Shown here: positions 23,294 to 24,000 of the stretch, one piece after another
Layout: every line of letters starts with the position of its first letter
Position numbering within the stretch: the first letter of the stretch is position 1
NCBI GenBank assembly: GCA_004377185.1
Contig: SOIM01000020.1
Coordinates: 70,931-94,930, forward strand
Length of the DNA stretch: 24,000 nucleotides
Source: Methanomassiliicoccales archaeon
GTDB taxonomy: Archaea; Thermoplasmatota; Thermoplasmata; RBG-16-68-12; SOIM01
Reading direction: 5' to 3'
Program-made: the position numbers and the translations under genes
Notes under the pieces: model-generated
The model's database searches: none
What the model saw: only the letters and a program-made list of their open reading frames with translations
What the model was told of the DNA's origin: nothing

Positions 23294-23301
23294 ATTATAA
23301 A
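23294..23301 (+). promoter_or_regulatory. TATA-like box upstream of tRNA-Leu
   Basis: ATTATAAA is centred about 27 nt upstream of the tRNA 5' end (23325). Confidence 0.4.
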
Positions 23302-23324
23302 GTCACGGAGAATTGGGTTTTACT

Positions 23325-23496
23325 GCGGGGGTAGCCAAGCATGGCCAAAGGAAAGGGCTGTGTGACGGCCCCTTCCGGCCAACGGCGCAGGACTTAAGAT
23401 CTGGAGCATTCCAGAGGGGACATTCTGTCTCGAAGGAGTCCGTGGGTTCAAAATAGCTGCTCGGTCAGAGCTGTGATGAAAATCCCATCCCCCGCA
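23325..23496 (+). tRNA. tRNA-Leu (anticodon UAA) interrupted by three introns (23349-23382, 23399-23421, 23453-23482)
   Basis: Hand-spliced 85-nt class-II tRNA: GCGGGGG-TA-GCC-AAGCATGGCCAAC-GGC-G-CAGGA-CTTAAGA-TTCTG-TCTCGAAGGAGTCC-GTGGG-TTCAAAT-CCCAT-CCCCCGC-A. Each proposed splice site falls after the 2nd nt of a 3-nt bulge flanking a 4-nt central helix (details in findings). Confidence 0.8.
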
Positions 23497-23519
23497 CTTT
23501 TCACCTTTGACTGCACATT

Positions 23520-24000
23520 CTATCTGAAAAACCCGAACTTCTTCTTTTTCTTCTTTTTGACCTTCTTCACTGGGGCTTTCTTGGGAGTTTCTTCCTCCTC
23601 TTCGAATTCCTCCTCGGGAGGTTCCTCCGGAATCAATCCTGTCTCCTCCCAAGACTTATCCTCAGGAGGCTCTTCCGGGATCGACTCTCCAGCGTCAAAT
23701 AGGTTCTCGAAATCGTCTTGTATGGTCTTCTCAGCCTCCACAGGTGTTCTTGCCTCCTCGGGAGCCGCATCAAGCTTCTCGACCGACTCGGACAATTCCT
23801 TCATCCTTTTCTTTTCCTCAGCGACCTGGGCGGCGATCTTCTTGACCTCGCTTTCCCAAATGGTAAGATGATTCTCTTTCTTCCTTATCTCTTCCTCTCT
23901 TTGAGATAGCCTCTCCTGCAATTCGCGAAGCTCTTCCTCCCTTCCCTGCAGTTCGGTCTCGAACTGGGAGAGCTCGGCAAGTTTCTCCACGACTTCCTTC
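23520..24000 (-). CDS. Coiled-coil protein with an acidic region and a poly-Lys C-terminal tail (5' end probably beyond the window)
   Basis: The frame is open to nt 24000, upstream of the GTG at 23990. It has heptad-like ELQGREEELRELQERLSQREEEIRKKE, an acidic PEEPPEEEFEEEEE stretch, and the tail KKVKKKKKKKFGFFR. No family is recognised. Confidence 0.5.
   Translation of the reverse strand, partial: KEVVEKLAELSQFETELQGREEELRELQERLSQREEEIRKKENHLTIWESEVKKIAAQVAEEKKRMKELSESVEKLDAAPEEARTPVEAEKTIQDDFENLFDAGESIPEEPPEDKSWEETGLIPEEPPEEEFEEEEETPKKAPVKKVKKKKKKKFGFFR

Noticed and set aside
23472-23480. GTGATGA (a C-box-like RUGAUGA) inside the T-loop intron of tRNA-Leu, hinting at an intron-encoded C/D box sRNA
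   Set aside because: The intron is only 30 nt. It has no matching D box, C'/D' boxes or guide region, so it is too short for a C/D sRNA. The TGAA within the motif is already explained as the central BHB helix strand.
23320-23652. 110-aa minus-strand ORF (MGGDRIDSGGTSRGG...) in the ORF track
   Set aside because: It runs antisense across the whole tRNA-Leu gene and into the 3' end of the coiled-coil gene. Its composition is low-complexity G/R/S-rich, and the tRNA explains the region.

Overview
The window looks like an archaeal chromosomal segment. All family calls below come from reading motifs by eye; no searches were run. Supporting signs are archaeal/eukaryotic-type aaRS genes, an rpl18e-rpl13-rps9-rpoN operon, tRNA introns with bulge-helix-bulge geometry, and TATA-like boxes about 27-29 nt upstream of several gene starts.

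Housekeeping backbone, in order:
- leuS 5' part on the minus strand, open at the window edge and therefore absent from the ORF track
- a tandem-RHH regulator followed by a short FtsZ/tubulin-like GTPase
- a YjbQ-family protein
- mptA followed by a TIGR04076-like protein
- an unlisted 54-aa zinc-finger ORF
- a TPR protein
- a trpS-pheS operon
- 6-phospho-3-hexuloisomerase plus a TIM-barrel (AP-endonuclease-2 family) gene
- the ribosomal protein/rpoN operon
- tRNA-Pro(GGG)
- a class-I pyridine-nucleotide-disulfide oxidoreductase
- a KaiC/RecA-like ATPase with two wHTH proteins
- a tRNA-Leu(UAA) split by three introns
- a coiled-coil protein running off the 3' edge

Two accessory regions stand out.

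(1) 7.8-12.6 kb holds a compact eukaryote-type ubiquitin cassette. It has a ThiF-like E1, a beta-grasp Ub-like protein ending ...GGH, a UBC-fold E2 with HPN and a catalytic Cys, and a JAMM/Rpn11-like isopeptidase. No RING E3 is recognisable. The cassette is interrupted by an antisense QW-repeat (prenyltransferase/squalene-cyclase-like) alpha/alpha-toroid gene. It is preceded by two tandem tubby/LURP-one/scramblase-like paralogs, one carrying a Zn-ribbon and a P/Q-rich linker.

(2) 12.6-16.3 kb is a ~3.6 kb insertion bounded by 33-bp direct repeats (32/33 identical). The repeats duplicate the overlapping 3' ends of the convergent JAMM and hexuloisomerase genes. The insertion carries a DUF3800-like gene, a 415-aa wHTH protein, an AbrB-like gene and small membrane ORFs, but no recognisable integrase.
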